A DNA stretch of 64,000 nt, taken from Candidatus Multivoradales bacterium. GTDB taxonomy: Bacteria > Acidobacteriota > Thermoanaerobaculia > Multivoradales > J023. The stretch is taken from NCBI GenBank assembly GCA_965248925.1, contig CBDFLE010000006.1, forward strand, positions 2,048,001-2,112,000, read 5' to 3'. Position numbers and translations under genes: made by a program. The notes below the pieces were generated by a model. It had not been told where the DNA came from. It made no database searches and saw nothing but the letters and a program-made list of their open reading frames with translations. Positions 31,401 to 39,193 of the stretch are shown here, one piece after another. The number at the start of each line of letters is the position of its first letter. Position 1 is the first letter of the stretch.

Positions 31401-31551
31401 TGCAGGTTACCTGCAAGACGCCCAGCGCGAGCTGATGCGCAAGACCGCTTTTCTCACCGCTGAGCGCCGCCACAGCTTCCTCTACAACATTCGCGACCAC
31501 CAGCGGCTGCTCGACGCGGTCACCGCTCAGGGCTTGTCGTGGGAAACCTGA
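28477..31551 (+). CDS. P-loop (STAND/AAA-like) ATPase with C-terminal TPR repeats
   Basis: Walker A-like GPLGCGKN, Walker B LVVDDAQ, GYPLALEE (GxP motif), many TPR-like helices. Confidence 0.75.
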   Translation: MLVQTASPSVPAPGLQLPVALLRFWADGPHRHRALEAASALGQRAEFVLLREDLLAVLPTPGQPAVFDAAIQLAQVLGAKLRREGRSSALAGLLVLPGRVRQNGGSTELVDEWLIDDLGQQAPELPAHNVVVTGYAASWLAGRYQFDNIGSYRGPSGRTLPLLRLIGHTGKPYWHNQEVLGRRPWVDRPGVDGTLRAAAKGGSVLLHGPLGCGKNRAIWHFLADWPGDKLPLIAGCSLLGAHGLMRRLTDELQRIAPEHAPLGTLEKLKHQEIAPDLAAQLLLSWLEKAAAKAAHRPWLVVDDAQSASPVDLRLLRHLVERAGPHSFYLAILTRDGGNHLASLPLPRVEVPPMDATAFDELSYQLLDGLSLKPAVEERFLSASAGYPLALEEGLIALVHRRLVRRVYGSFFFDGDNQTPYEASQRLVRFVESEIGRLGEPLPLRLLAAADQPIPPAALALTANSFTTPLAAGWERAFIDSGWLRSTPSAWGAGLDFSCPAFRQAVSQTFSAADADSSRRQLGRALTESSSDSPQAWAAYQLLAGSADSLPPLLQAARQASPTARNELLDALRSEYLLLRAAPAKEFTPSQRLDLLWSMLPLAHHLGQLAELGDELSEAVELAAEQPERFVALATLKAELDQKQGRFREAEGGLRQALAASSGSGERRRAMLFIRLGRLLSSQQRYVEAREIFESLRGLVDREGATTLGATCHFFLGNIALHQRRLAEAERHHELALSVRRQQGQQRPLGASLSALGSVAQAAGNYPQALHRYSEAETVLVAYGDDVELSFVLLGAGRVLGLLGDPQAASQPLRQALEHRSGRDDVAGEAIARLAWANNRLQLGKVDDALSETRRAHFDLSMLPQTSVIGDAEQLLGRCLMRQKPYLEAEQHLRGAISVHGQHGNTVSTAEDHSWLLILGLRQENLEAIREHCTALERLLDDLPSSSGDDELLYFRLFQGLTFLAESDSPIDSRPAAGYLQDAQRELMRKTAFLTAERRHSFLYNIRDHQRLLDAVTAQGLSWET

Positions 31552-32282
31552 TCCTCGATCGGCGCCAAGACGGCCTTGAAATAGGCCAGCTCCGCGGGAC
31601 TCAGGCGGCTCTCAGGAAGACGGAACCGCTCACCCACCGCCGGCAGCGGTGCCTTGACTCGCGACAGCGATAACCGCAACGCACCGCAGTCCATCGGCAA
31701 CAACTTGCCGAAGAGTTGACAGACGCCAACCAGTTGGCTGGCCAAGTCGCTGTCGATCTCGAGACTGACCTCGGCCGGTGCTTCGAGCACGGTCAAGATC
31801 AGCTCATCGGAACCCTGCTCGATCTTGATCCGCCCTGCCAATCGCAAGGTCTGTCGAGGCAACACGACTTCGTCGTCGAAATTGCTGCCGATGCCAGCGC
31901 TTTCGAGCCGGGCTTCGAGCAAGCCCTCGCCATCGAGGTCGACCTCGATCGATGCCCGCGCCACGCCACCGCCCTCGGCGCTCAGCCAAAAGCGGTTGCC
32001 ATGCACGGTGAGGCGATGTCGCGGCGAAGTCACCCACACGGTGAGGCCACTCTGCTCAATGGGTTCGAGCTGCGAGGCGAGATCGCGATAGGTGCCGGTG
32101 AGAAAAGACAGCTCGATACCGTCATCCGCCACCAGAGGTGCCGCCAGCGCCATCAGCGCCGCCCAGGCCAGCAGCGAGAGGGCAACGACCGCTAACGAGC
32201 AGCATCGCTGGGAGGCTGAGCGGGGGCTGACCAATTTCCGAAATTCCGCCGCACGGGTGTAGGACTGAGTCGGGGAGAGCAT
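31527..32282 (-). CDS. Hypothetical exported protein
   Basis: Hydrophobic signal segment ending APLVA; ATG abuts the stop codon of the upstream VWA gene. Confidence 0.6.
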   Translation of the reverse strand: MLSPTQSYTRAAEFRKLVSPRSASQRCCSLAVVALSLLAWAALMALAAPLVADDGIELSFLTGTYRDLASQLEPIEQSGLTVWVTSPRHRLTVHGNRFWLSAEGGGVARASIEVDLDGEGLLEARLESAGIGSNFDDEVVLPRQTLRLAGRIKIEQGSDELILTVLEAPAEVSLEIDSDLASQLVGVCQLFGKLLPMDCGALRLSLSRVKAPLPAVGERFRLPESRLSPAELAYFKAVLAPIEDQVSHDKP

Positions 32283-34838
32283 CTACGGATAATAGCCGCG
32301 GATGGTCCGCGCCTTCAACTTGCCGCCGCGCACTCTGACTTCGACCCGGCGATACTCTTCGTTCTGAGAAGCGCTCTGGTCGGAGTTGTAGGCCACCAGA
32401 TACTGGCTCCGCAGCTCTTCCTCGATCTCCGCGTAAGTCTCGACCAGCTCGGCGGCCTGCTTGATGTAGAAGGCCCGGCCACCGGTCTCGCTGGACAAGG
32501 CCTCCAACTTGCGCCGTACTCCGACCTGCGATTTGCCGATGCCGAGACCGATGGAGTAGATCGCCACCCCGCTGCGGCGGGCATATTCCAAGGCATCCTT
32601 GAACTCGATCGAACTCGCGGTGTCCTCACCGTCAGAGAGCAGAACCAGCGCCCGCCGACCGCGAATTCCACGGTAGTAATACAGGCTGGTCACCACCGCA
32701 TCGTGCAACGACGTGGCGCCATAGGCGATCAGGTCTTGGAGGCGTTCGGCCACCGCGCCGACATCCGAAGTACGAGGCATCAGCAGCACCGGTCGATCGG
32801 CGAAAGCCATGGCAAAGGTCCGGTCCTTGGGGGTGATTATGTTCTCCAAGAAACCGATCGCGGCGCGCTGTGCCTCGCCGAGAGAGCTGAACATTGAGCC
32901 ACTGGTGTCAATCACGATGCCGAGGGTCATCGGCAGATCCTCGACCAGCTCGAACTTGGCGATCTTCTGCGGCCGATCGTCTTCAAAAACCTCGAATTGC
33001 GCTGGGGTCACACCCCTGGCCAAACGACCCGAGCGATCGGTGACCGTGGTGTAGAGCTCGACCAGATGGACATCGACTTCGTCGAGAAATTGGGGCGAGT
33101 GCAGAAAGCGCACCTCCTCGGCTCGGCGACCGTCATCGAGTTCGGCCACCACCGTCAGGTAGGTCAGGTCACCTCCCACCTGGACCTCGACCTCGGCCTG
33201 CCAGGGTGGCGCGGTCACCGTCGCTTGCAGCTCCTCGTTGAGGCTGAACTCGACTTTCACTACCTTGCGCTCCTCAGGCACCACCACCTCGGCCTTGGCC
33301 AGCGTCTTGCCCCGCGGCTTTGCTCCCCTGGCCGGTTCCAAGATGCGTACTTGCAGCTCGCCTCGGGGTTGGTTGAGCACCACCTCATCGGCAGCCACCA
33401 ACTCACCGGCGTCGTCGTAGCCTTCGACCCGCACGGTCTGCTCAGCGGGATAGGTTTGGAGCCGCAGCTCAGCGGTAAACGGCGGTCGCCGACGGCTGAG
33501 TTCTTTCTTGGCATCGAGTAGAAAGTCGACCCTGGTGATGCGCTCGCCGGTGACCAGCACCTCGGCCCGCCATAGGCCAAACACCAAGTCCGTTTCTGGT
33601 GGCACCAAGATCAGGCTATCGAAACCTTCGAGGCGTAGTTCTTTGAGCTGATCACCGAGGGCCAGTAGAGCGCTCTCGGGCACCGGTGGCAGAGAGGTTG
33701 GGTCCGCCGCACTGGGCACCACAAAACCACGGCTGACCACCCGCTGGCGGCCGGTGGTTTCTTCCTTCAAGCGCATCCTGAGGAGGAATTCCTGGCCCGG
33801 CCGTAGCCGCCGATCGAATTGCAGCGCCACCACCTGGTCAGCCTCTGGCGGTGACAGCAAGTAGCGCACCCGGAAGGTCTCGAAGATCTCGCCTTCGTGT
33901 TCTAAATGCCCTTCGACCACCAGTCGCACTTCGAGCTTCTCGCCCTCCTCGACCGGCTCGAGTTCAATCCCCGCCGGCAGCAGCATGATGATCCGGGTCA
34001 CCAAGCGCTGACCCTTGCGCTCCGGAAAGTAGAACTTGACCTCTTCCACCGGCAGCTGGACCAGCGTTTGCTCCTCAGAGGCCACCCTACGAGCCCAAGC
34101 TGCGAGGTCGGCCGGCGGTTGCAGATAGACTTCGACATCCGCATTCAGCGGTCGATCCTTGAGGAAACCGAACAAGCCGTCGACCCCGGTAATCTCATCG
34201 ACCCGCTTCGATTCCTCGCAGATCGCCCGATCGAAGCGGCGACCGCCCGAAATACGCGACTTGAGTTCCTCCCACTGCTCGAGCCAATACTCCATCTCTG
34301 AGTTGTAGAGCACCCGCTTGGAGTCGATCGGCCGCCACAGCTGGTAGGGCTGCTTGGGCTTGGGGCGGTAGAGCACCAGGTGCTCGACCAAACCCGGCAC
34401 TGTGCCCGGCGGATAGGTCCACAGCTCGAGGGGCTGGAAGGCCTCGGCACAATCCACCAGCAAGCGCTCGCTCGGCGGGCCGTGCAAGAAGAGCAGTTGG
34501 GCGCGGGCATCCAACAGCGAGAGTGCCTCCGCTTGGGCCAGGGCGCGGCGCGTCCGGATCGCCAACAGCAGCTCGTTCTGAGGCGTTTCTGGCAGCGGGT
34601 CGGCGGCCAGAAACTGGTCGATGAAGAGGGCCCGAGCCACCGTGTCGCCGGACAGCAGCTGCTCCAGCTGCTCAGGGTCGAGCAACAAGCCCGGTCCGTC
34701 CTGAACAAAGGCCCTTTGCTCCTCGGTCCATAACAGAGGAAGGGCAAAGGGAACATTCTGGGCGGATAGAGGGAACACCGCGACTGCAACTAGCAGCCAC
34801 AGCGAGAGGGGTCTGATCTTGAACGCAATTCGTCGCAT
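32283..34838 (-). CDS. GWxTD-like + Ig-like + VWA domain protein, paralogue 3
   Basis: Same architecture as 1-4987: signal peptide, RRRPPFTAEL, MIDAS DTSGS, TSLHD, LLSDGED, ends RGYYP. Confidence 0.87.
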   Translation of the reverse strand: MRRIAFKIRPLSLWLLVAVAVFPLSAQNVPFALPLLWTEEQRAFVQDGPGLLLDPEQLEQLLSGDTVARALFIDQFLAADPLPETPQNELLLAIRTRRALAQAEALSLLDARAQLLFLHGPPSERLLVDCAEAFQPLELWTYPPGTVPGLVEHLVLYRPKPKQPYQLWRPIDSKRVLYNSEMEYWLEQWEELKSRISGGRRFDRAICEESKRVDEITGVDGLFGFLKDRPLNADVEVYLQPPADLAAWARRVASEEQTLVQLPVEEVKFYFPERKGQRLVTRIIMLLPAGIELEPVEEGEKLEVRLVVEGHLEHEGEIFETFRVRYLLSPPEADQVVALQFDRRLRPGQEFLLRMRLKEETTGRQRVVSRGFVVPSAADPTSLPPVPESALLALGDQLKELRLEGFDSLILVPPETDLVFGLWRAEVLVTGERITRVDFLLDAKKELSRRRPPFTAELRLQTYPAEQTVRVEGYDDAGELVAADEVVLNQPRGELQVRILEPARGAKPRGKTLAKAEVVVPEERKVVKVEFSLNEELQATVTAPPWQAEVEVQVGGDLTYLTVVAELDDGRRAEEVRFLHSPQFLDEVDVHLVELYTTVTDRSGRLARGVTPAQFEVFEDDRPQKIAKFELVEDLPMTLGIVIDTSGSMFSSLGEAQRAAIGFLENIITPKDRTFAMAFADRPVLLMPRTSDVGAVAERLQDLIAYGATSLHDAVVTSLYYYRGIRGRRALVLLSDGEDTASSIEFKDALEYARRSGVAIYSIGLGIGKSQVGVRRKLEALSSETGGRAFYIKQAAELVETYAEIEEELRSQYLVAYNSDQSASQNEEYRRVEVRVRGGKLKARTIRGYYP

Positions 34839-34906
34839 GCTCGCAACCTCGTGCACGGGTGATGCCATCCTTGCTAGGGGCTCATTGGGCGTCTCACCGC
34901 TGGCCT

Positions 34907-34990
34907 ATTTACGGCCTGCGGCCAGCCTATCTGCGGCCTGCGGCCGGCACATCTGCGGCCTGTGGCCGGCACATCTGCGGCCTGTGGCCG
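34907..34990. repeat. 22-bp tandem repeat, about 4 copies (ATCTGCGGCCTGYGGCCGGCAC)
   Basis: Units start at 34907, 34929, 34951 and 34973 in a divergent intergenic region. Confidence 0.9.
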
Positions 34991-35137
34991 TGGCAGGACG
35001 CTCTGGCGGGCTGATCTACCGCCCTTTATACTTACCGCGCCTCGTCGCCGGCCGGTTTGTCACTCGGCCGAAATCAAGTCGACACCCTATCTTGACGACG
35101 AAAACGACCACAGCTTTAACAACCCTGGAATTATCCG

Positions 35138-36136
35138 ATGCCTATCGTACGACGCAACGAACCGATTTCGAGCTGGCAAGAGGGCGATTTCGTCCAGGGA
35201 TTCGCCCTGCTCGGCAAAAAAGAAATGCGCCAGGATCGCAACGGGCGCGACTACCTCGATCTCGAGCTATGCGACTCCAGCGGCCGCGTATCGGCCAAAG
35301 TCTGGTCCGACAGCCCGGCTCTAAAGGGTGACTACGAGGCCAAGAACTTCGTCGCCTTCAAAGGCGTAGCCCGCAGCTATCGCGATCAACTACAGATCAA
35401 CATCGACCACTGCCGTCGAGTCTGCGACGACGATAAAGAGCATGGATTCGACGAATCAGCGCTGATCCCGTCGACCAAGGAAGACATCGACGACCTCTGG
35501 CAGCGGCTCACCGCCCTGGTGCCGGGGCTGATCGAGCGGCCACTGCTGCGCCGCCTCAGCGAAGTGGCGATCGAACGTTACGGCGAGCGGCTCAAGTACC
35601 ACCCCGCGGCCAAGACCATTCATCACGCCTATCGCGGCGGCTTGTTAGAGCATGTGGTGTCGATGGCCGAGCTGGCCCGCCTAGTGGTCGATCACTACGG
35701 AGATGTTGATCGCGACCTGGTGTTGATCGGCGTGCTGTTCCACGATCTCGGCAAATTGCGTGAACTCGGCGCCATGCCGGCCAACGACTACACCCTCGAA
35801 GGCCATCTGGTGGGTCACGTGGTGATCGGCCGCGACATGCTGCTCGAATGCTGCGCCGCGCTCGACGACTTTCCCGAAGAGCTGCGCCTGCACCTCGAAC
35901 ACCTGGTGCTATCGCACCAAGGCCGGCGTGAATACGGCACGCCGATCGAGCCGATGACCCTCGAAGCCTTCATCCTCCACTTCATCGACGATCTGGACTC
36001 GAAGCTCAACCAACTGCGCCAGGCACGCGAGAGCGGCGAGGCGATGCAGTACATCCGTGGCCTCGGGCGCTACACCTATCTGAAGCCACCGCCTACCGCA
36101 GACGTAGAGTCTAGCGACGACTCAGGTAACGACTGA
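35138..36136 (+). CDS. yhaM: 3'-5' exoribonuclease YhaM/CBF1 family (OB fold + HD)
   Basis: YLDLELCDSSG..AKVW OB fold; PAAKTIHHAYRGGLLEH, FHDLGK, GH, LSHQG, LHFIDDLDSK. Confidence 0.88.
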   Translation: MPIVRRNEPISSWQEGDFVQGFALLGKKEMRQDRNGRDYLDLELCDSSGRVSAKVWSDSPALKGDYEAKNFVAFKGVARSYRDQLQINIDHCRRVCDDDKEHGFDESALIPSTKEDIDDLWQRLTALVPGLIERPLLRRLSEVAIERYGERLKYHPAAKTIHHAYRGGLLEHVVSMAELARLVVDHYGDVDRDLVLIGVLFHDLGKLRELGAMPANDYTLEGHLVGHVVIGRDMLLECCAALDDFPEELRLHLEHLVLSHQGRREYGTPIEPMTLEAFILHFIDDLDSKLNQLRQARESGEAMQYIRGLGRYTYLKPPPTADVESSDDSGND

Positions 36137-36251
36137 GCCGTCCTCCACGTCGAGCGCCGCGTCCTCCACTCAGGACGCGGCGGAAGTGGTTTCAGACCCG
36201 CGATCTTGTCGCCTCGCGGCGACCCTCGCGATGCTTGCAGGGAGATACACA

Positions 36252-36941
36252 ATGGGATTCCTCGAACGCATGATGTCCGATCTGGTCAAGGACGCCACCG
36301 GGTTCAACCCGCGGCGGGCGATCCGCATGATCGGCGGCAAGAACATCTTGATGATGGGCGGGGCCGCACTGGCGGGTACCCTCGCGGCCAAGAAGATCCA
36401 AGGCCCGCCGGACACCTTCGGCGGCGGCGCAGCGGTACCACCGCTACCCAGCACTCCGGCGACCACGCCATCCTTGCCGCCGATTCCCGGTTCCCAAGCT
36501 CAACCACCTCCTCCACCGGGGGCGACCCCACCTCTGCCGCCAATTCCACCCGCGACAGCCGCAGCCAGCGATGAACTTGCCACCGAGCTGACTTACCCCG
36601 TGGTGCGCACCATGGTGGCCGCCGCCCTGGCCGACGGCAAACTAGATCCGCGCGAGAAAGAGATCATCCACCGCCACCTCGGCGAATCGGGACTGGCTAC
36701 CGAGCAGGTGGCGCAGGTGCACCGTGACTTGGTGCTCCCTCCTTCGCCCGGCGAGCTCGCCAGCCTGGCCACCGAGCCGGCCACTGGCGAAACCATGTAC
36801 CGCTGTGCGCTGGTGATTGTCCGCGCCGACCAAGAGGTGGACCCGCTGGAACTTGCCTGGCTCGACCGCCTAGCCGCGGCCCTCGAACTCGACGCCGAAC
36901 GCCGCCAGCAACTCGACGACCAACTGCTCGGCGACGATTGA
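36252..36941 (+). CDS. DUF533/TerB-like protein with proline-rich linker
   Basis: VRTMVAAALADGKLDPREKE...E.AWLDRLAAALEL; GGAG RBS before ATG 36252. Confidence 0.78.
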   Translation: MGFLERMMSDLVKDATGFNPRRAIRMIGGKNILMMGGAALAGTLAAKKIQGPPDTFGGGAAVPPLPSTPATTPSLPPIPGSQAQPPPPPGATPPLPPIPPATAAASDELATELTYPVVRTMVAAALADGKLDPREKEIIHRHLGESGLATEQVAQVHRDLVLPPSPGELASLATEPATGETMYRCALVIVRADQEVDPLELAWLDRLAAALELDAERRQQLDDQLLGDD

Positions 36942-37040
36942 CGCCCAGCCGCCTTGCCGAGGGGCGGCAGAGTGTGATGACATCCTGGGACTAGCAACAA
37001 CAACCAACCCATGCCCGTTTTCAGCTGAGCACAGGGTTAC

Positions 37041-37058
37041 ATCCGCTGTCCAGCGGAT
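37041..37058. promoter_or_regulatory. Inverted repeat upstream of the acyl-CoA ligase gene, possible operator or leader hairpin
   Basis: ATCCGCTG-tc-CAGCGGAT, ending 24 nt before the start codon. Confidence 0.4.
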
Positions 37059-37081
37059 AGCCGAGCCTGCGAGGAGAACCG

Positions 37082-38878
37082 ATGAGCGACTCGAGATACA
37101 GCGACCTGGTGGACGTGCTAACCCGCTCAGTGGCCGACTACGGCAGCAGCAATCTCTTTGGCACCAAGATCAAGGGGCAGTGGAGTTGGATCACTTACCG
37201 CGACTTCGGCCAGCGGGTCGACCACTTCCGCGGCGGCCTGCAGCAGATCGGCATCGGCGCCGGCGACACGGTGGGGGTGATCTCGGCCAACCGCGTCGAG
37301 TGGGCCATGGCGGCCTACGCCACCTATGGTCTCGGCGCCCGACTGTGTCCGATGTACGAGTCCCAGCAAGAAAAAGACTGGCGCTACATCCTCGAGGATT
37401 CGGGTGCCAAAGTGCTCATTGCCTCGACCTATGCGATCTACGAAACCGTGCGCGACTGGGCCGGCAAGCTCGGTGCCGTCGAGAGGGTCTTCTGCATGGC
37501 TCTGCCGGCGGAAGATGCAGCTTCGACCGCCGCCCTCGAAGCGATCGGCCGGGAGCATCCAACACCGGTGATCGACATCGATCCCAACGCGGTCTGCGGC
37601 TTTATCTACACCTCGGGCACCACCGGCAAGCCAAAAGGCGTCTTGTTGTCACACGCCAACATCTGCGCCAACATCAACAGCGTGAGCCAATTCTTCGACA
37701 TTGGTACTGGTGATCTGTCGGTCTCCTTCCTACCCTGGGCCCACTCCTTCGGCCAGACCTGCGAGCTGCACGTCATGGTGTCGCACGGTTCGGCGGTGGC
37801 GATCGCCGAGTCGGTCGAGAAATTGATCGAAAACTTCGCCGAAGTGCGCCCAACGGTGCTGTTCAGCGTGCCGCGAATCTTCAACAAGATCTACGACGGC
37901 TTGCAGAAAAAGATGGCCGCAGATGGTGGCTTGAAGAAGAAGCTGTTCGACGCCGCGATGGTCAATGCTGAGAAGCTCAAGCAGCTGCAAGCGTCCGGTC
38001 GCAGCTCAATAGTCGTCAGCCTCAAACAAAGCTTCTTCGACAAGCTCGTGTTCTCCAAGGTTCGGGAACGCTTCGGCGGCCGGCTGCGCTACGCTTGTTC
38101 CGGCGGCGCCGCCCTATCCCCCGAAGTCGGCGACTTCATCAACAAGCTCGGCATCATGGTCTGCGAAGGCTACGGTCTGACCGAAACCAGCCCGATCGTC
38201 ACCACCAACCGGCCCGGCGACCTGCGCCTGGGTTCGGTCGGCAAACCGGTGCCGGATGTCGAGGTGATCATCGACACCAGCGTGGTCGAGAACAAAGATT
38301 CCAAGGATGGCGAGATCCTGGTCAAAGGCCCCAACGTGATGCTCGGCTACCATGGCCTGCCTGAGGAGACCGCCGCCGTGATGCGCGAAGACGGCGCCTT
38401 CCGCACCGGTGACCTTGGACACTTAGACGCCGACGGCTACCTCTACATCACCGGCCGGATCAAAGAGCAGTACAAGCTTGAGAATGGCAAATACGTCGTG
38501 CCGGCACCGCTCGAAGAGCTGCTCCAGCTCAGCCCCTTCATCATCCAAGCCTTCATCCACGGCTTCAACAAGCCCTTCAACGTCGTGCTGCTAGTGCCCG
38601 ACCGCCCGGCGCTCGAAAAATGGGCCACGGAGCAAGGGATCACCGGCGACTACGCGGCCCTACTCGCCGACTCGCGCACCCAGCAGCTGGTCGAAGAACA
38701 GATCGAAAAATACGGCAAGGGCTTCAAGCGCTACGAGCTACCGCGCAAGTTCCATCTGCTGGCCGATGAGTTCACGGTCGAGAACGGCATGCTGACCCCC
38801 AAGCTGAGCGTCAAACGACAAGTGGTCCATGATCACTACCAAGCCGAGCTGACAGAACTGCACGGGGCGCCGGTTTAG
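37082..38878 (+). CDS. Long-chain fatty acid-CoA ligase (AMP-dependent)
   Basis: YTSGTTGKPKG, SFLPWAH, EGYGLTET, GEILVKGPNVMLGY, RTGDLG, ITGRIKE, LTPKL. Confidence 0.93.
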   Translation: MSDSRYSDLVDVLTRSVADYGSSNLFGTKIKGQWSWITYRDFGQRVDHFRGGLQQIGIGAGDTVGVISANRVEWAMAAYATYGLGARLCPMYESQQEKDWRYILEDSGAKVLIASTYAIYETVRDWAGKLGAVERVFCMALPAEDAASTAALEAIGREHPTPVIDIDPNAVCGFIYTSGTTGKPKGVLLSHANICANINSVSQFFDIGTGDLSVSFLPWAHSFGQTCELHVMVSHGSAVAIAESVEKLIENFAEVRPTVLFSVPRIFNKIYDGLQKKMAADGGLKKKLFDAAMVNAEKLKQLQASGRSSIVVSLKQSFFDKLVFSKVRERFGGRLRYACSGGAALSPEVGDFINKLGIMVCEGYGLTETSPIVTTNRPGDLRLGSVGKPVPDVEVIIDTSVVENKDSKDGEILVKGPNVMLGYHGLPEETAAVMREDGAFRTGDLGHLDADGYLYITGRIKEQYKLENGKYVVPAPLEELLQLSPFIIQAFIHGFNKPFNVVLLVPDRPALEKWATEQGITGDYAALLADSRTQQLVEEQIEKYGKGFKRYELPRKFHLLADEFTVENGMLTPKLSVKRQVVHDHYQAELTELHGAPV

Positions 38879-38941
38879 GCTTCGCTGGGATTGCGACCGG
38901 ACGACAGTGCCAGGCATCTTTGTCCTGAAGCGAGGCAGACC

Positions 38942-39193
38942 ATGGTCACCGTGAATGTCAACGAGCTAGAAACCCGGCTTTCCAGTTTGCTGGCTGCCAT
39001 TGAAGGAAAAGACGAGACGATCGTGATCTGTCGAGCCGGGCGGCCGATCGCCGAGTTGCGGCCGCTATCGAAAATTTGTGATCCGCTCCGAGTCCATCCC
39101 GAGCTGTCGCAAATCGAGTTCTATGAAGATCCGATGGCGCCGCTAGAGCCAGAAGACTGTCCGAACTCAGATCCCTCTGGCATCATCGACTGA
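38942..39193 (+). CDS. Phd/YefM family antitoxin (no adjacent toxin)
   Basis: MVTVNVNELETRLSSLL...IVICRAGRPIAELRP. Confidence 0.78.
   Translation: MVTVNVNELETRLSSLLAAIEGKDETIVICRAGRPIAELRPLSKICDPLRVHPELSQIEFYEDPMAPLEPEDCPNSDPSGIID

Noticed and set aside
34907-34990. CRISPR array
   Set aside because: Units are head-to-tail with no unique spacers, and there are no cas genes.
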